Assembly (NCBI RefSeq): GCF_006345805.1 | Contig: NC_043003.1 | Location: 52,514,001-52,578,000, forward strand | Direction of reading: 5' to 3' | DNA from: Octopus sinensis | Lineage: Eukaryota | DNA: 64,000 nt | Shown here: in pieces, positions 24,850 through 38,764 of the stretch | Layout: each line of letters opens with the position of its first letter | Position numbering within the stretch: the stretch's first letter is position 1 | Made by a program: the position numbers and the translations under genes | Notes under the pieces: model-generated | What the model was told of the DNA's origin: nothing | What the model saw: only the letters and a program-made list of their open reading frames with translations | Database searches by the model: none

Positions 24850-27800
24850 AAAATTCTTCAGGGTTGTTACTATCAATGTTGGTACAATGACAGGCAGGTT
24901 TGGTGAGATTATAGAGGTGCTAAAACAGTCTGGAAGAAGAGTGCTGTATGCATGATGCGAAACTCCTCACAGACAAAGAATTAAGGTATAACTTCTTCTA
25001 GGTAGGTAACAATGCTGGGTTAGGTAGAGTAATGGGCAGCAAAAGTAATTGTAGAAGTTACAGTAAGTGAGAGAAAGATTAAACTTAAACTAGTTGTAGG
25101 CAATGCAACTGCAACTATTATCTCTGCTTATACAACACAATCAAGATTGACTAATGAACAAAAGAACTGTTTTTATGAGGTCCTCTTCAGGTAGAGGATG
25201 ACAAACGATAGCAACACATTGTCTTAGTTGGTGAATGGGCAGCAGTATAATAGCTTTGCTAGAGTACATGGTAGCTTCTTCAAGTAACGAGGAGAGGTCA
25301 AAGCTTCTGAGTTCTGTGATGCAAATGAACTAACTATCTGCAACATGAATTTTGGGAAACCAACCAAATATTTGATCACCCATCAATCAGGTGAACAAGC
25401 AAACCAGACAGGTTTCATTCTCACCAAGAAATGAGATAGACAGATATGGTTGCAAATACTAAGGTCTTCCTTTGAAGATGAATGCATCACTCAACACAGA
25501 TAATAATTAGTGACATCAGAATAAAAAGCTAGACAGACTCAACGACAAAAGATAGTTTGGAGAAAGAAAGTTTGTAAACTGAAATATCCTTCTGCTAAAA
25601 TGAAATTCAGTGGACTTCTCAGGGATGTGAAGACAAATCCCAGTTGTTCTCTATGTATTAGAGGATTACAATGATTTTCTTTGAGATAATCTGCAGAAAT
25701 GTCTAAAATATCTATAGTACTTTGCAACCACATGGTGGTTGAATAGTATTGTAGATAGTACATACAAGCTGACAGGCCTGGAAAGACTGAAAAAAAAAAG
25801 TGATGAGGGTGGACAATGAAGAACAAATTGAAACAGGTGAAGCAGGTAGGAGAAGTTAGATGGCAAATTTACAAAATATGGAGAGAAACTGAAAGCAATA
25901 GGTTTGCCAGTGTTTGTGACGAGAGTATCAAAGGAACTAGGTGCACAAGAATGCAAAGTAGTGAGTTAGGGTGGAACAAAACATTGTTAGAAAAAGGAGT
26001 GCTTGAAATGACAGCTGTAGATTCTCATCACCAATGCTGTATAAGGAAAATATGTGGGGAGGAAAAAAGGCTGACTTCAAGTATATCCAGCTGGAGGCTA
26101 GCTACTGATGTAAGTAATTAAATGGTCAAAATAACCATTAAGTATTTGAAGTGGGGAAACCTGGTCCATGAAAAAGTTGTTGAGATACTCTTTTCTCTTT
26201 TCTCTTTTACTTGTTTCAGTCATTTGACTGCGGCCATGCTGGAGCACCGCCTTTAGTCGAGCAAATCGACCCCGGGACTTATTCTTTGTAAGCCCAGTAC
26301 TTATTCTATCAGTCTCTTTTGCCGAACCGCTAAGTGACGGGGACGTAAACACACCAGCATCGGTTGTCAAGCAATGCTAGGGGGACAAACACAGACACAC
26401 AAACACACACACATACATATATATATATATACATATATACGACAGGCTTCTATCAGTTTCCGTCTACCAAATCCACTCACAAGGCATTGGTCGGCCCGGG
26501 GCTATAGCAGAAGACACTTGCCCAAGATGCCACGCAGTGGGACTGAACCCGGAACCATGTGGTTGGTTAGCAAGCTACTTACCACACAGCCACTCCTGCG
26601 CCTATTGATGTTGAAAATATTTGGAAAACAAAAGCTAAAATAAGTCACTTGCACAACTAACCATGTACAGTGGGGTGTCATACTCAAATGAGTCTGATGG
26701 ACCAAGTTCTCAGCACTACTAATTAGAATGAGAATCAACTTAGATGAAGCGCAGTTTTTCGGGGATTTGGGCCAGGATGCTTTTATCCTTTTGAATTAAT
26801 TACAAGTTTTTTGCTAAGAGTAAGCTTCTTTATCTAGTATTGAAATGAGTCTGATGGACAAAGTTCTCAGCACTACTAATTAACAGTAAGTTTTTTTTAC
26901 TAAGAGTAAGCTTCTTTATCTAACATACATTAATCTGGAAAAGGCCTTTGATAGGGTACTATGAAGAAAACTAAGGAAAAAAGAACAGCATGCGAAAGCA
27001 GTGGTTGTCATGTACAAAGATGTCATTAGCAAAACAAGAATTGGCAAAGAGTTCAGTGAGGAATTTAGCATGCAGAATAGGTGTTCTTGATCCTCAGCAC
27101 CTGCGTGTTTATTGTAATTCTCCAAACCATAAGAGAGGAGTTTAAGACTGACTGTCCATGGGAACTCCAATATGTTAATGGTTTATTACTTAAAGTAGAA
27201 TCTGTGGAAGATTTAGGAAAGTTCCAGTTTCAGGGGGAACCCCCCCCCCCAAAAAAAAATTGAGAGACCTCAGACTAAACTTGACAAAGGCTGAAGTTTG
27301 AATACGTAGGAAAGAAGACAGGGAAATAGCCATACACAATACAGGGAAAAGGAGAAGATAAAAATTCCAAACAGTACTTAACGTGAAGTACTGATGCACA
27401 GAAGTGTATTAGGATCATGGATAGACTGACAGAGAAAAAAGACTTTGTATGTGGTAGACCTACAGGAGAATTTAGCAGTCAGAGAACCGAGAAAATAAAT
27501 TCTTTCCAGTGTTCAGAAGGCTCCATTTAAGTAATTGATACCTTCTGTTACCTAAGTGACTTAACCTAGCTGAAACCGCCTCTTGCTCTGTAGTACAAAT
27601 GTTTTGTTTCCATAAGGTTTGAATTAAAATCTTTCACCAACACTTAGTCATAATTAAGTTCCTAACACTAGCTTAATGATAACTAAGTTGTTTTGCTAAA
27701 TTCTTTGTTATATTTAAAATAATTGAGAGAAAAACAAAGCATCTCAAAATAAATATAGTAATGAAAGGGTAACATGGAAGAAGAGTGTTTTGAAAGCTTA

Positions 27801-28280
27801 GTAGTCAGAATAAGAATAAACTTCTGGGAGCTATTACTCCTGCTGATAACAAAGGGATCCCTCTATGATACATGTATATGAAGTGCAAGGTTGCATGCTT
27901 GTGAATGCAGAGGATGTCTGAAAGTTGGAAAGAAATGAAGTGAGCTTGCTCTACTAGAGGTGTGATGTTCATGTGTAGGGTAAACGTAGAACAGATGAAC
28001 TGAGAGAAAAAAACTAGATATAAGAGGAATCAGATGCTGTGTACAAGGAGAAAGGCTGCATTGATATAGATACGTAATGTGTATGAATGATGACAGCTGA
28101 GTAAAGAAGTGTTAAGAAATCTAAGTTAAAAGAAAGTGTAAAAGAAGACTGAGGAAGACAGGAACATATGTAATGAAAGTTGATTGTAAGATGTTGAACC
28201 TTACAAAATAAAACGATAAAGGAATGTAACAAGTAGTGAGATACTATGATGGAAATGATGTTTTCAATGTAGGCAAGCAT
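24850..28280 (+). mobile_element. Highly decayed long RTE copy, interrupted by a SINE and a MITE
   Basis: Remnants in colinear order: FRVVTINVGTMTGRFGEIIEVL (endonuclease start), EFCDANELTICN, NLEKAFDRV, EEFKTDCPWEL and C-terminal traces. Confidence 0.75.
26188..26602 (-). mobile_element. tRNA-derived SINE, family 1
   Basis: Near-identical to 1903-2326. Confidence 0.9.
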
Positions 28281-28526
28281 GGAAAAGCTGAGACAAAAAT
28301 AATAATGGTTTATTGCTTGCTTGCATTACTATTTTTTCAAAATTACTGTATAAAATACTATTTATTATTTGACATCATAAGAATGTGTAAATTTCAAGAG
28401 AACATTAAATAATTGTTTTTAGGAATGGTGGATATTGAAGCACTTAAAGCTATAAATAACAGCATGCAGATATTAGGTTGAAAAAAAAAAAAGAAAAAAA
28501 AAAGACCTTTGCATAGAAAAGTCAAA

Positions 28527-28599
28527 GGTTGCCAGTTGGACTTGAATCCACATCTCCAGCAAACATGGTAGATGTTCTACCATTGAACTAAAGCAATCC
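28527..28599 (-). pseudogene. tRNA-like relic
   Basis: GGATTGCTTTAGTTCAATGGTAGAAC...GTGGATTCAAGTCCAACTGGCAACC. D arm and T arm are recognisable; the anticodon arm is broken. Confidence 0.55.
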
Positions 28600-29000
28600 T
28601 TTGAATCTCTCTATCCATTTTAGAAACTTTATTCTTACAAGCAAGAATTCTAAGTAGTTTGTCATAAGAATTTATAATCTCCTAGAAAATGTGAAATACT
28701 TCTTGTTTGGAATAATGGATACTGAATAAATAAAAGCTATAATTAATAGTGCAAATATCAGGTTAAAAAAATATTCCTTGGATAGAAAGAGTTTAAGGCA
28801 TACAAATTATTTGAACAATATTCTTGCAAAGTATTTATTCCCTATTTATTAATGAACATTAGATATTTTAATAAAATTGAAGCATGGGAAACATTCATTT
28901 ATGAAATGTGTTTATTAGTGAATGACTTTAAAATCTTTTTCAGGTGTAAGGACTTAATATATTCTATGAATTAGCTTTTAGTTGATGTAAGATGATAAAA

Positions 29001-29213
29001 GTGGAGGCACATGGCCTAGTGGTTAGAGCAGTGGATTCGCAGTTGAGGGATCATGGGTTCGAATATCAGACCGGGCGATGTGTGTGTTTATGAGCCACAA
29101 CTTTCTCTCACTCTTTCCTCCTGCATCTTGCAGCTCACCTGCGACAGACCGGTGTCCTGTCCAGGTGGGAAACCGGCCCTTATGAGCCAGGCGTGGCTTG
29201 AGAAGGAACAAAC
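29001..29213 (+). mobile_element. tRNA-derived SINE, family 2
   Basis: A box TGGCCTAGTGG, B box GGTTCGAAT; 12-bp TSD AAGATGATAAAA. A relative lies at ~33920-34219 (-). Confidence 0.85.
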
Positions 29214-29795
29214 AAGATGATAAAAAGCAATATCAAAAATCAATCCCTTTCAGGATAGAAGGGGTATAATAATCATGGGATGCAGGTATGGCCGTGTGGT
29301 TAAAAAAGCTTGCTTTGCAAACACATGCTCACAGGTTCAATCCCACAGCACAGAACCGTAGTTAAGAGTCTTGTACTATAGCCCTAGGCTAACCAATGCT
29401 TTCTAAGTAAATTTGGTAGATGGAAACTGTGTGGAAGCTCATAATATGTGTGCGCATGTGTCCGCGTTTGTCCTCCCTCCATCACTTGATAACTGATGCT
29501 GGTTTGTTTACATCCTCATAAACTTAGTGGTTCAGCAAAATAGACCAATAGAATAAGTGTCAGACTTAAAAATAAGTATTAGGGCAATTTATTCAACTAA
29601 AACTCTTCAAAGCATCATGTCCCAACATAGCTGCAGTCCAATGACTGAAAAAAGTAAATGATAAAAAAATGTCATCAATGTTTTAATGTCCATTTTTCAA
29701 TGCTGGATTAGCCCAGTCTGCAACACAAGGGATCTCCTTCACTTATCTCAGTGCTATGTATGTACCCAATAGAACCAGAAATGGAATCTTTAAAA

Positions 29796-30265
29796 CATGC
29801 ATGGGCAATCTGCAGCCTGCGGGCCGCATACCGTCCTCAACATGTTGTTGTGCAGCCCTTGATGAGTTTCTAGGTTACTAATTTGCAGCATAACCTAAGA
29901 GCAGCAGCATCTCAAATTCTACCTAATATTGAAAATATGGTAAAGAATGTCAATATGCAAAAGTCTCATTGATACAGATAATGAAATTTATTCGTTATAA
30001 AATATCAATGAATTTTTTTTTTTTTTTTTTTTACCTCAATATTTTAAGCTATAATTTATTTACACTTGAAATTATCATTATTATCATTAGGAAATAATGA
30101 AAGAGATGCCAGCTTAATGTAAACTTTCATACTAAGACAAATAAAATTAAGAAGAACTGCAAAAAATTCAAGGTAAAGTGGGCAAGTAATATTTCATGCA
30201 TATGTGTTTTGTCATGCGGCCCTTTCTCACTTGGAAATGGTATGACGCAAAGTTGCCCATCCCTG
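29796..30265. mobile_element. hAT (Charlie-like) MITE
   Basis: TIRs CATGCATGGGCAA / TTGCCCATCCCTG with a perfect 8-bp TSD CTTTAAAA on both sides. Confidence 0.85.
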
Positions 30266-30327
30266 CTTTAAAACATAAAAACATTTAGAAAGAAAATGTG
30301 AGAGAGAGAAATATTTTTACAACAAAC

Positions 30328-30486
30328 CTCAAGTGGGTTGAAGGCTTCTTCACTCCCAACAAGCTCAGCTTTACAGATACACAACTTTTGACCAACTCTG
30401 ATCTTCTTGTTGGCAACTAAGTTCATTAATTGATTATCAAGGATCATTTTCAAAGGGTACCAGCCATCAGTAACTTCAATACATTG
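30328..30486 (-). CDS. BRCA2: BRCA2 internal coding exon (OB1, TDGWY motif)
   Basis: TTGATAG|CAA ... GAG|GTTTGT, 159 nt. Encodes QCIEVTDGWYPLKMILDNQLMNLVANKKIRVGQKLCICKAELVGSEEAFNPLE versus human IELTDGWYAVKAQLD...[23 protein letters not shown]. Confidence 0.95.
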
Positions 30487-30843
30487 CTATCAACAATAGA
30501 AAATAAAAGTACAGAAACAGAATATTATAATTTAAAAGAAAATTAATTTTAAAGCTTTCACTTGTAGTTATAGAAAGATGAATAACATTTTCTTTACTTG
30601 CCAAAAATCAGTTAATCCTGTTGAAATTGACTTTTGAATTTCAATATCAGTTACTCTAATAAAATGAAGAGGAACAAAATGCCATTTAAGATATTTCATA
30701 AGCTATGCAGGCATGGCAGTGAGGTTAAGAAACTTGCTTAGCAATCATGTGGTCTTGGGTTCAATTCCACTGCATGACACCCCCAGTCTTGTGAGTTGAT
30801 TTGGTAGATGGAAAAATGTGTCGAGGCCCATTGTATATATATA

Positions 30844-31960
30844 TCAGGTTGAGTAAAAAGTAAGCACTGTTTTGAATCATGAAGAATTTGTACGGATTTT
30901 TGCAGAGTTTTGAATTTTTTCGACATTTTTTTGCAATTAATTGTCTGATGATACAGACATTAGACTTGCCCAAATGCATCAATAAATTAACATTGATATT
31001 TTTATCACCGTTGTTACAATCATCTGAAATGGAACTGCCAAAGCGCAATTTCGAGCAATTTTACTATTCAACTTCAAAAAAAGATGTAAAGCAGCTGAAA
31101 CTGCTTGCAATATCAACAAAAGATTTGGTGAGGAAATGACCAGAGTGTGGTCAGCTTGAAAATGGTTTAAATGATTTTTAGTGGAGACCTGAGCCTTAAA
31201 AATCATGAGCATAGTGGATGCCCATCTGTCATCGATGATGGTCAATTAAAGACTGTCAATGAGAAAGATCCATGTAAAACCACTCGAGAACTGGCTAAAG
31301 AACTTCAAGTTAGCCAGAAAACTGCCTGCAATCATTTGCATAAAAAACATTCTTCCCAGTCGTTGGACCAAAATGAAGCACCGAAAACTTTCCCTAAATT
31401 CGATCTCTTCAAAAAGGTCATGGTGACTGTGTGGTGGTGTACTGCTGGACTTATCCACTATAACTTCTTAAAACCCGGAAAACCCATTACTGCAGAAACA
31501 TATTGCCATGAAATTGCCAAAATGAATGAAAAACTGCAGCTCCTCTGTCCCAGACTGGTCAACAGAAGAGGGCTGATCATTCTTCATGACAATGCTTGAC
31601 CACACATATATCACTAACGAAGCTCAAGAAGTTGAGGGAATTTAGCTACAAAGTTCTTCCCTAGCCAGATTATTTTCCAGGCCTTTTTCCTACCGACTAT
31701 CACTGTCTCAAGCACCTTGATGGTTTCCTGTAAGAGAAAGAGTTCAAAAATTGAACTGATGCTGAAATTGCATTCAAAGAGTTCATCAGCTCCAGAACTC
31801 CAGATTTTAATGTTACTGGAATAAACAAACATGTAACTCGTTGGCAAAAATGTGCTGATTGTAATGGTACTTACTTTGATGAATAAAATTTCCACATTGT
31901 TGAAATATATTGTTATGAATTTCATGTTTCAAAACATTGCTTACTTTTTACTCAGCCTGA
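30844..31960 (+). mobile_element. mariner (DD34D-type) element, internally deleted transposase pseudogene
   Basis: TIRs TA|TCAGGTTGAGTAAAAAGTAAGCA and TGCTTACTTTTTACTCAGCCTGA|TA. Motifs SGDLSLKNHEHSGCP, TTRELAKEL, KKVMVTVWW, ILHDNA and PTDYH. Confidence 0.9.
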
Positions 31961-32018
31961 TATATATATATATATATATATAAAGAAGTGTATTCCCATA
32001 CAGGAAATATATATATAT

Positions 32019-32414
32019 CTTACTCTTTACTGTTTTACTTGTTTCAGTCATTTGACTGTGGCCATGCTGGAGCACTGCCTTTAGTCGAGCAAATCGACTC
32101 TGGGACTTATTCTTTGCAAGCCTAGTATTTATTCTATCAGTCTCTTTTGCTGAACCGCTAAGTGACGGGGACATAAACACACCAGCATCGGTTGTGAAGC
32201 AATGCCAGGGGGACAAACACAGACACACACACACATATATATACACATATACAACAGGCTTCTTTCAGTTTCCGTCTACCAAATCCACTTACAAGGCTTT
32301 GATTAGCCCAAGGCTATAGTAGAAGACACTTGCCCAAGGTATCATGCAGTGGGACTGAACCCGGAACCATGAGGTTGGTAAGCAAGTTACTTACCACACA
32401 GCCACTCCTGCACC
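32019..32414 (-). mobile_element. tRNA-derived SINE, family 1
   Basis: Same head, body and tail as 1903-2326. Confidence 0.88.
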
Positions 32415-32706
32415 TATATATATATATATATAGTAAAATAAGGATTCAGATAGAATGAGGTACTTGAAAAGTTTGGGTTGGATAAACTTGTGGTTCCAAC
32501 CTAAGGTTGGTAAGTATCAAACAGGATATTCTGGTTGTGTACACAGAGAAAAACCAACCCTATGAGTATTTAGCGCTTAGGGGTTGGTCCAAAGCACACA
32601 TTACATTGTATTGTACATTTTTGGTATACTTTAGTGTACCCAACAAGTTGTAAGTCCCCTTGGTGTATTATAATCAAATGAATAATAACAGACGGATAAT
32701 TGTCTG

Positions 32707-32796
32707 CTCATTACAGTTGTTTCTTATGCATTTTGTTTTTAATAGAAGAAAGAGAACATTACTTCATTATAAAAAAAACCATAATCATCAGATGAA
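32707..32796 (-). ncRNA. Type I hammerhead ribozyme motif with intact core
   Basis: Minus strand TCAT-CTGATGA-TTATG(~51 nt loop)CATAA-GAAA-CAACTG-TA-ATGA. Stem I TCAT/ATGA, stem II TTATG/CATAA, stem III AC/GT, GUA triplet. Confidence 0.65.
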
Positions 32797-35700
32797 ATGT
32801 AATTTTACAAACAAAAGAATATCCCAAGAATACAGCAGGAATGTGGCTGAAGCCTGTTGAAGCTAACTATGAAATGGGAGAATGACCAGCAAAGCTGACA
32901 ATTGTGGGCATTAGTGAGTGGGGTTAGGTTAAGAATATAGTTTGTGAAAGGGTGTAATATGATATTTAAGGTCAGCAACCCAGGTGAGACAGGAGTCTGC
33001 TAGACTGGTTCTTTGGTAGGCTAGGGTGGTGATATTATATTATACTAGGCTTAGAGAAGTAGGTAGCTGAGAGAGGCCCAAAGATAAAGTAAGGATAAAT
33101 AAAGAAAGCAAGAAGTAAAAGTGAAGAAATATAAATGTATAAAAAGCCAATTAGGCATAGAGTCAGGGTTTAGGATTCATTAGCTAAGGGTAAAGAACAA
33201 AGGGAAGAGGGCAGAGATACACAGAATTTAGGGGTATTCTGTGGATATAGGTTGAATGTTGGGGAGGAACTGTAGTGTTATGTGTGATTATCTGGGAAAG
33301 GTGAAAAAATGTAGGGTGTTGTTTCAGATACAAATATGCTATATGGGATAGTGGAGACTGCTTGTAATATTAGGAAATGCTTGCCTGGAGAGGAAATACC
33401 TGGTAGTAATAGTAGAGTACTACTTACCATTAAGGAGTTCAAAGAAAGAGAGGGTTGTATAATAAACTACACCTGGTACCGAATTAGAGGAAATACCAGA
33501 TTGGATATCAAAGAAAACCAGCAACAGGAAATAATCTACTGATTAACAATTTGGAATGTTATATAAGTGGTGTTGATATCATTTAATTAGATTGAATAAT
33601 CATCATTGTGTGAAACAGGTAATGCAACTCTGAAAAATAGCTGCAGGTAAAAGGTTTGATAATGTGTTCCATCTATTAGTTAACATGTGCTCACAAAAAA
33701 CTGTATCTTGGTTTAAGGATTACTTACTTAGTGGAATTGGAAAAGAACTGGCTAGGGTGTGCAGGCTGCTATTTTTAGGTTAGATATTTTCGCTATTGCT
33801 AATGCATAATACTGGGTACACCACAAATAGAATGGTTTGTTCCTTCAATATAGCATACCATGCAAGTATAGTATGAGTGGTACACACACACACAAACATA
33901 TATATGCATGTGTATGTTCTTTCCTTCTCGAGCCATCCCTGGCTCATAAGAGCCAGTTTCCTGGTTTCCTTGGCATATAGGTTCCCCACCTGGACAGGAC
34001 GCCAGTCTGTCACAGGTGAGCTGCAAGATGCAGGAAGAAAGAGTGAGAGAAAGTTGTGGCGAAAGAGTCAGCAGAAGTTTGCCACTACCTTCTGCTGGAG
34101 CAGCGTGGAGCTTAGGTAATTCGCTCATAAACACACACATCACCTGGTCTGAGATTCAAACCCGTGATCCCTCGACCGTGAGTCCGCTGCTCTAACCATA
34201 TTGGCCATGTGCCTCCACATGTATGTGTATCATTGTTCATGTCCTCCCACACCACTTGTCAACCATTGTTGGTTTGTTTACAGTCCCATAACTTAGCAGT
34301 TCAGTATAAGAGACTGACAGAATAAGTACTAGACTTTAAAAAATAAGTACAGGTGTCGATCTGTTTGACTAAACCCTTCAATGTGACGCCTCAGCAGAGC
34401 TGTAGTTCAACAAGTAACAAAAGATAAAGATATATTTTAGGAAATATGTTTATCACAGGCTAGAAAAAAAAAAATTGAAAACTACATGATAAAAATATGT
34501 ACTTTAAAATGTTCAAATAATGAAGGGAAACCTTTCTACATTTTTCTGAAAATATCATCAGCAAAGAAGGAGAAGGATGTGGATGACAAGCAAGATGAAC
34601 AGCTTGAAAGAAAAGAGGCATTAAACATCAGGAAGTGGAAGTGTTATAGAAAACAAAGAACAGAGTATTGTAAGAGGACATAATCGGCTGTGTTCTACAT
34701 TTTGGATATGGCTCTTAAAGTAGAAAGAAGATCAGCAAGTAGGCTAGTTAAAGAGTACTTCTGGAATGAAGGTTCTAAGAAATTCTAAGAAATTCATATG
34801 ATAGATGAAGAAAAGAATATAAATAGATTATGAAAAAATAAAAAATATTTGTGAGATACAATAAACAACTGTCACAAAAAATAAAAAAAAGTTAGAAAGA
34901 AGTACCAGAAGCCAGTGTGAAAGAAATCCTTATAATGGAAGAGAAAATGGTAATATGTAGTGGTGAATTTAAGAGGAAAAGAAAGTGTGACACAACAACA
35001 ATAATCCTTTCTACAAAAGGCACAAGGCCTGAAATTTGGGGAGAGGACTAGTTGATTATATCGACCCCAATGTTTCACTGGTACTTAATTTATCAATCCT
35101 GAAAGGATGAAAGGCAAAGTTGACCTTGGTGGAATTTGAACTCAGAATGTTGTGATGAGCGAAATACCACTAAGCATTTTGTTCGGTGAGCTTAACAGTT
35201 CTGCTAGCTCGCGGCCTTACTCCTTAACAATGAAAAGGTTAGTGAAGAGTTGTTAAAGGTTGTGAGAAAATGACAATTGGATAACAACAAGTGGCTAAGA
35301 CAAGCTTTTATCAATCTGATTCCTGTATTGATAAAATCAGAAATGCTGTTCAAAATGTTTTATATTAAGCTTTTCTTGACTTAGAATCTTTCTTGTTATA
35401 ATTTCTTTCATGGTGTACACAGTTAGATGGATAATGGGAAAAGTAAGCTCTACTGTCTGCTTTGGCATGGTTTCTAAGGCTGGATGCCCTTCCTAGTGCC
35501 ATCCAGTGTACAGAGTCTACTGAAAGCGTTTACATAGCACCCACACCAATATATAATTATGAGATTATTGTATATAAGAAACAGATGGCATGATCCAGGC
35601 TGGAATCAAAAGCATTCCAACTTGGATCAAGCCATCTATTTCTTAAGTAGAATAATCTCATGATCGTGTATCCTTCTTTCCTAAGATGTTAGGATGTGAA

Positions 35701-35918
35701 TTTTAGTGAGTTTGTCAGTTGCTATTTCTAGTAGACTGCAAATAAGCTTCCCTAGGCATATCTGTGTGGTTGTGAAAATAATTTTAAGTCAATGAGAAAT
35801 TAAATGCTCACTGAGTGAATGTCCTTTAAAACTAAATTTATCTGTGAAACTAAATTTTTTTTTTTTTTTTAACTTACATTAAAAATTTGTTGATTCAAAT
35901 AAACTATGATATTAATCT

Positions 35919-36208
35919 GGTGGCGCAATGGCCCAGTGGTTAGGGCAGCGGACTTGCGGTCGGAGGATTGCGGTTTCGATTTCCAGACCGGGCGTTGTGT
36001 CTGTTTATTGAGCGAAAAAACCTAAAGCTCCACGAGGCTCTGGCAGATGGTGGTGGCGACCCCAGTTGTACTCTTTCACTCTCTCTTCCTGTTTCTTGAG
36101 TAATGCTGCGATGGACTGGCATCCTGTCCAGCTGGGGGGAACACATACACCATAGAAACCGGGCCTATGAGCCTGGCTAGGCTTGAAAAGGGCTCATAAA
36201 AAAAAATA
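35919..36208 (+). mobile_element. tRNA-derived SINE, family 2-related
   Basis: A box TGGCCCAGTGG, B box GTTTCGATT; A-rich tail; TSD ATGA(T/C)ATTAATCT. Ends ~55 bp from a BRCA2 donor site. Confidence 0.85.
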
Positions 36209-36262
36209 ATGACATTAATCTAATAATAACCTCATCTGTTTTTGCTATTTAATCCAACTTAC

Positions 36263-36386
36263 CTCAGTATTCTGAATTTTTGAGGACATATCAGCTTTCA
36301 TTAAATCTTTATTAACATTTGACACACACAAAATCATCCTCTTTGCTGGTGTATCATCACGTTCAGTAATCTTCCTCAAAGCTGAC
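36263..36386 (-). CDS. BRCA2: BRCA2 internal coding exon (start of OB1)
   Basis: CATACAG|G TCA ... ACT GAG|GTAAGT, 124 nt, phase compatible with the previous exon. Encodes SALRKITERDDTPAKRMILCVSNVNKDLMKADMSSKIQNTE versus human [24 protein letters not shown]. Confidence 0.93.
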
Positions 36387-38096
36387 CTGTATGTAGTTTA
36401 AAAGAGATAACAATGTCAATTTCAAATAATTTTTCAGCATATACACTTTTAATGATTTAATTTTTAAATCTAGAATGTGTTAACAAATTAATTTTAAATA
36501 AGGCATATTCACATATTTTGTTTTTATTTTTATTTTTCTCCTTGTACATAATTTTTGTAGCTGAGTACACTAGCCTGTAAACAGTGTAGCTTTTCATAAA
36601 TGGACCATTCCCATGAAATTAAACCAAAAATGGTTTTAAAAAAATTTTTTAGAATGCTCAGAAAAATCACTATATACTTGAAAAGGTAGGTTGAAATGGT
36701 TCTTTGGAATCATTTCTTCCAGATCTACACTACTTGGAAGACAGAAAATATTTATTTTGGAAAATGTTACATCATTTTTTGTTATGCTCGTCATGCCAGA
36801 TGAATGAGGATTGTGACCACAGACCATTGTTGTCCAGTAAACTTTCTCTTCCAGCTGAGGTAATCACGACACCTATTTTTAATCTTCCTCACTGAGCACA
36901 AAGCCACCTCTCAATACTACTCCACACCAACTCAACTGAGCTTTCTTGCTTTGCAAGTTACTCAATGTCTTCACTAGTGGTGGCACCATGTAAAAAACAC
37001 TGAATACATTCTGTAAAGTGGAAGAGCATTCATCTGTAGAAACTATGCCAAAGCAGATGTTGGAGCTTGATGCAGCCCTCTAGCTCACCGGCTCCTGTCG
37101 AACCCTCCAACCCATGCCAGCATGGTAAATGAATGTTAAATGATGATAATGACAACTGGCCACCTCCTCACCATTCAGCAGAATCCAACATTTCTGTAGT
37201 AATACCTCAGTTTACCAATATTACTGTTAAAGTCTGGGGGCTTTTCTTTTACCATCACCTAGTTCTCAAAAACAGAAGGTACCTAGTATGTTTTGGTGTC
37301 CTTAGTATGTAACAGGGGCAATACAACCAAAGACTGTATTTCATGAGGGATTTCTATGCTTGTGCATCTGGATTTCTGATAGAGAAGAAACACACAGCAT
37401 GTTTATTTGCTACTCATAATTACACACAGAATACTAATGATGAAGATCATTTTGGTAGTTTAAATGTTATACTTGACTGATGTTGACAAGCAGAGTGATT
37501 TTTTTTCAGATCCTAGCTGTTTCTGGGTATATGTTTGTAGTATATTTTGGAAAATACTTTTTAAAGGCTACATGTATCATTTTTGGATGTCCCCCATTAT
37601 TCATAAATAGTTGTACTTACATCAATGCAGACTCCTAGACACTGGGTAGTGGGCTAAATTATAACCACCATACACAAAAAAAAAAAACCCGGAGGTGAAT
37701 TAGCATCAGATAACTCCATCACTCACCTACTCATCATCACCATCACCATTGTCATCATCATCATCATTTAATGTCCGTTTTTCATTGCATGGGTTGGACA
37801 GCTGACAGGAATTGGCAACACCAGGGGCTGCACCAGGCTCCAGAGCCTATTTTGGCTTGGTTTCTACAGATGGATGCCTTTCCTAACACCAACCACTTTA
37901 CAGAATGTACTGGGTGCTTTTTTATGTGGCACCATCACCAGCACTTTGTATGTGGCACCAACACCAAAGCTTTTTAGATGGCAGCTTGGTCTTATCATTA
38001 GACATTTTTAATATTCATAACCCACATATCTTAATCTGCAAATCACAATATAGGTTCAAACCTTACACTCAACCATTAAACTTGTAATGAACCTAT

Positions 38097-38764
38097 CTAT
38101 CTATCCTCTCAGTCGAAGTTGACTCTTGGTTGCTCGTTGGATCAGTGTCCTCCAGTCAGTTCTATCCTGGGTCGCTTCTTTCAGATTGGCTATGTCCATT
38201 CCAGTATCCCTCTTGATGGTGTCAAGCCAGCGGGTTCGTGGTCAGCCTATTTCTCTCTTGCCACTGACCATTCCGAGCATGATGTCCTTCTCCAGGGATT
38301 TTCTCCGCGTAACATGACTGAAATATGTCAATCTATGCTTGGTGATCCTAGCTTCTAGCGACATTTTCGGCCTGATCTGCTTAAGAACTTCTCCATTGGT
38401 GAGCCTAGCTGTCCATGGAATCTGTAAAAGTCTTCTCCAACACCAAAGCTCAAATGCATTAATTCTATTCTGGTCAACTTTCTTTAGTGTCCAGGTCTCA
38501 CATCCATATGTTGCTATTGGGAAGACAATTGCATTCACCAATCTGCATTTGATAGCGAGTCTGATGTCTCTACTCTTCCAGACCCTGCTCATGCTGACCA
38601 TTGCCTCTCTGCCTAGTACTATCCGCCGTCTTATTTCTGGAGTGCAGTCACCATCTTGATTTATTTTGGAGCCAAGGAAGATGAAATCATCAACCACTTT
38701 GATCTCTTCATTATCGGTCTTGATGCTGATGTTTGTTGTGGCTGCTGTAGACATGATCTTCGTT
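38097..38764 (-). mobile_element. 5'-truncated RTE/BovB-like LINE
   Basis: ORF 38242-38754 reads FIFLGSKI...EIRRRI...YGCETWTL...AFELWCWRRLLQIPW. (GATA)n tail and TSD TGAACCTAT at 38088 and 38765. Confidence 0.9.

Noticed and set aside
29001-36208. tRNA genes at SINE heads
   Set aside because: A/B boxes run into SINE bodies with tails and TSDs; no complete cloverleaf.
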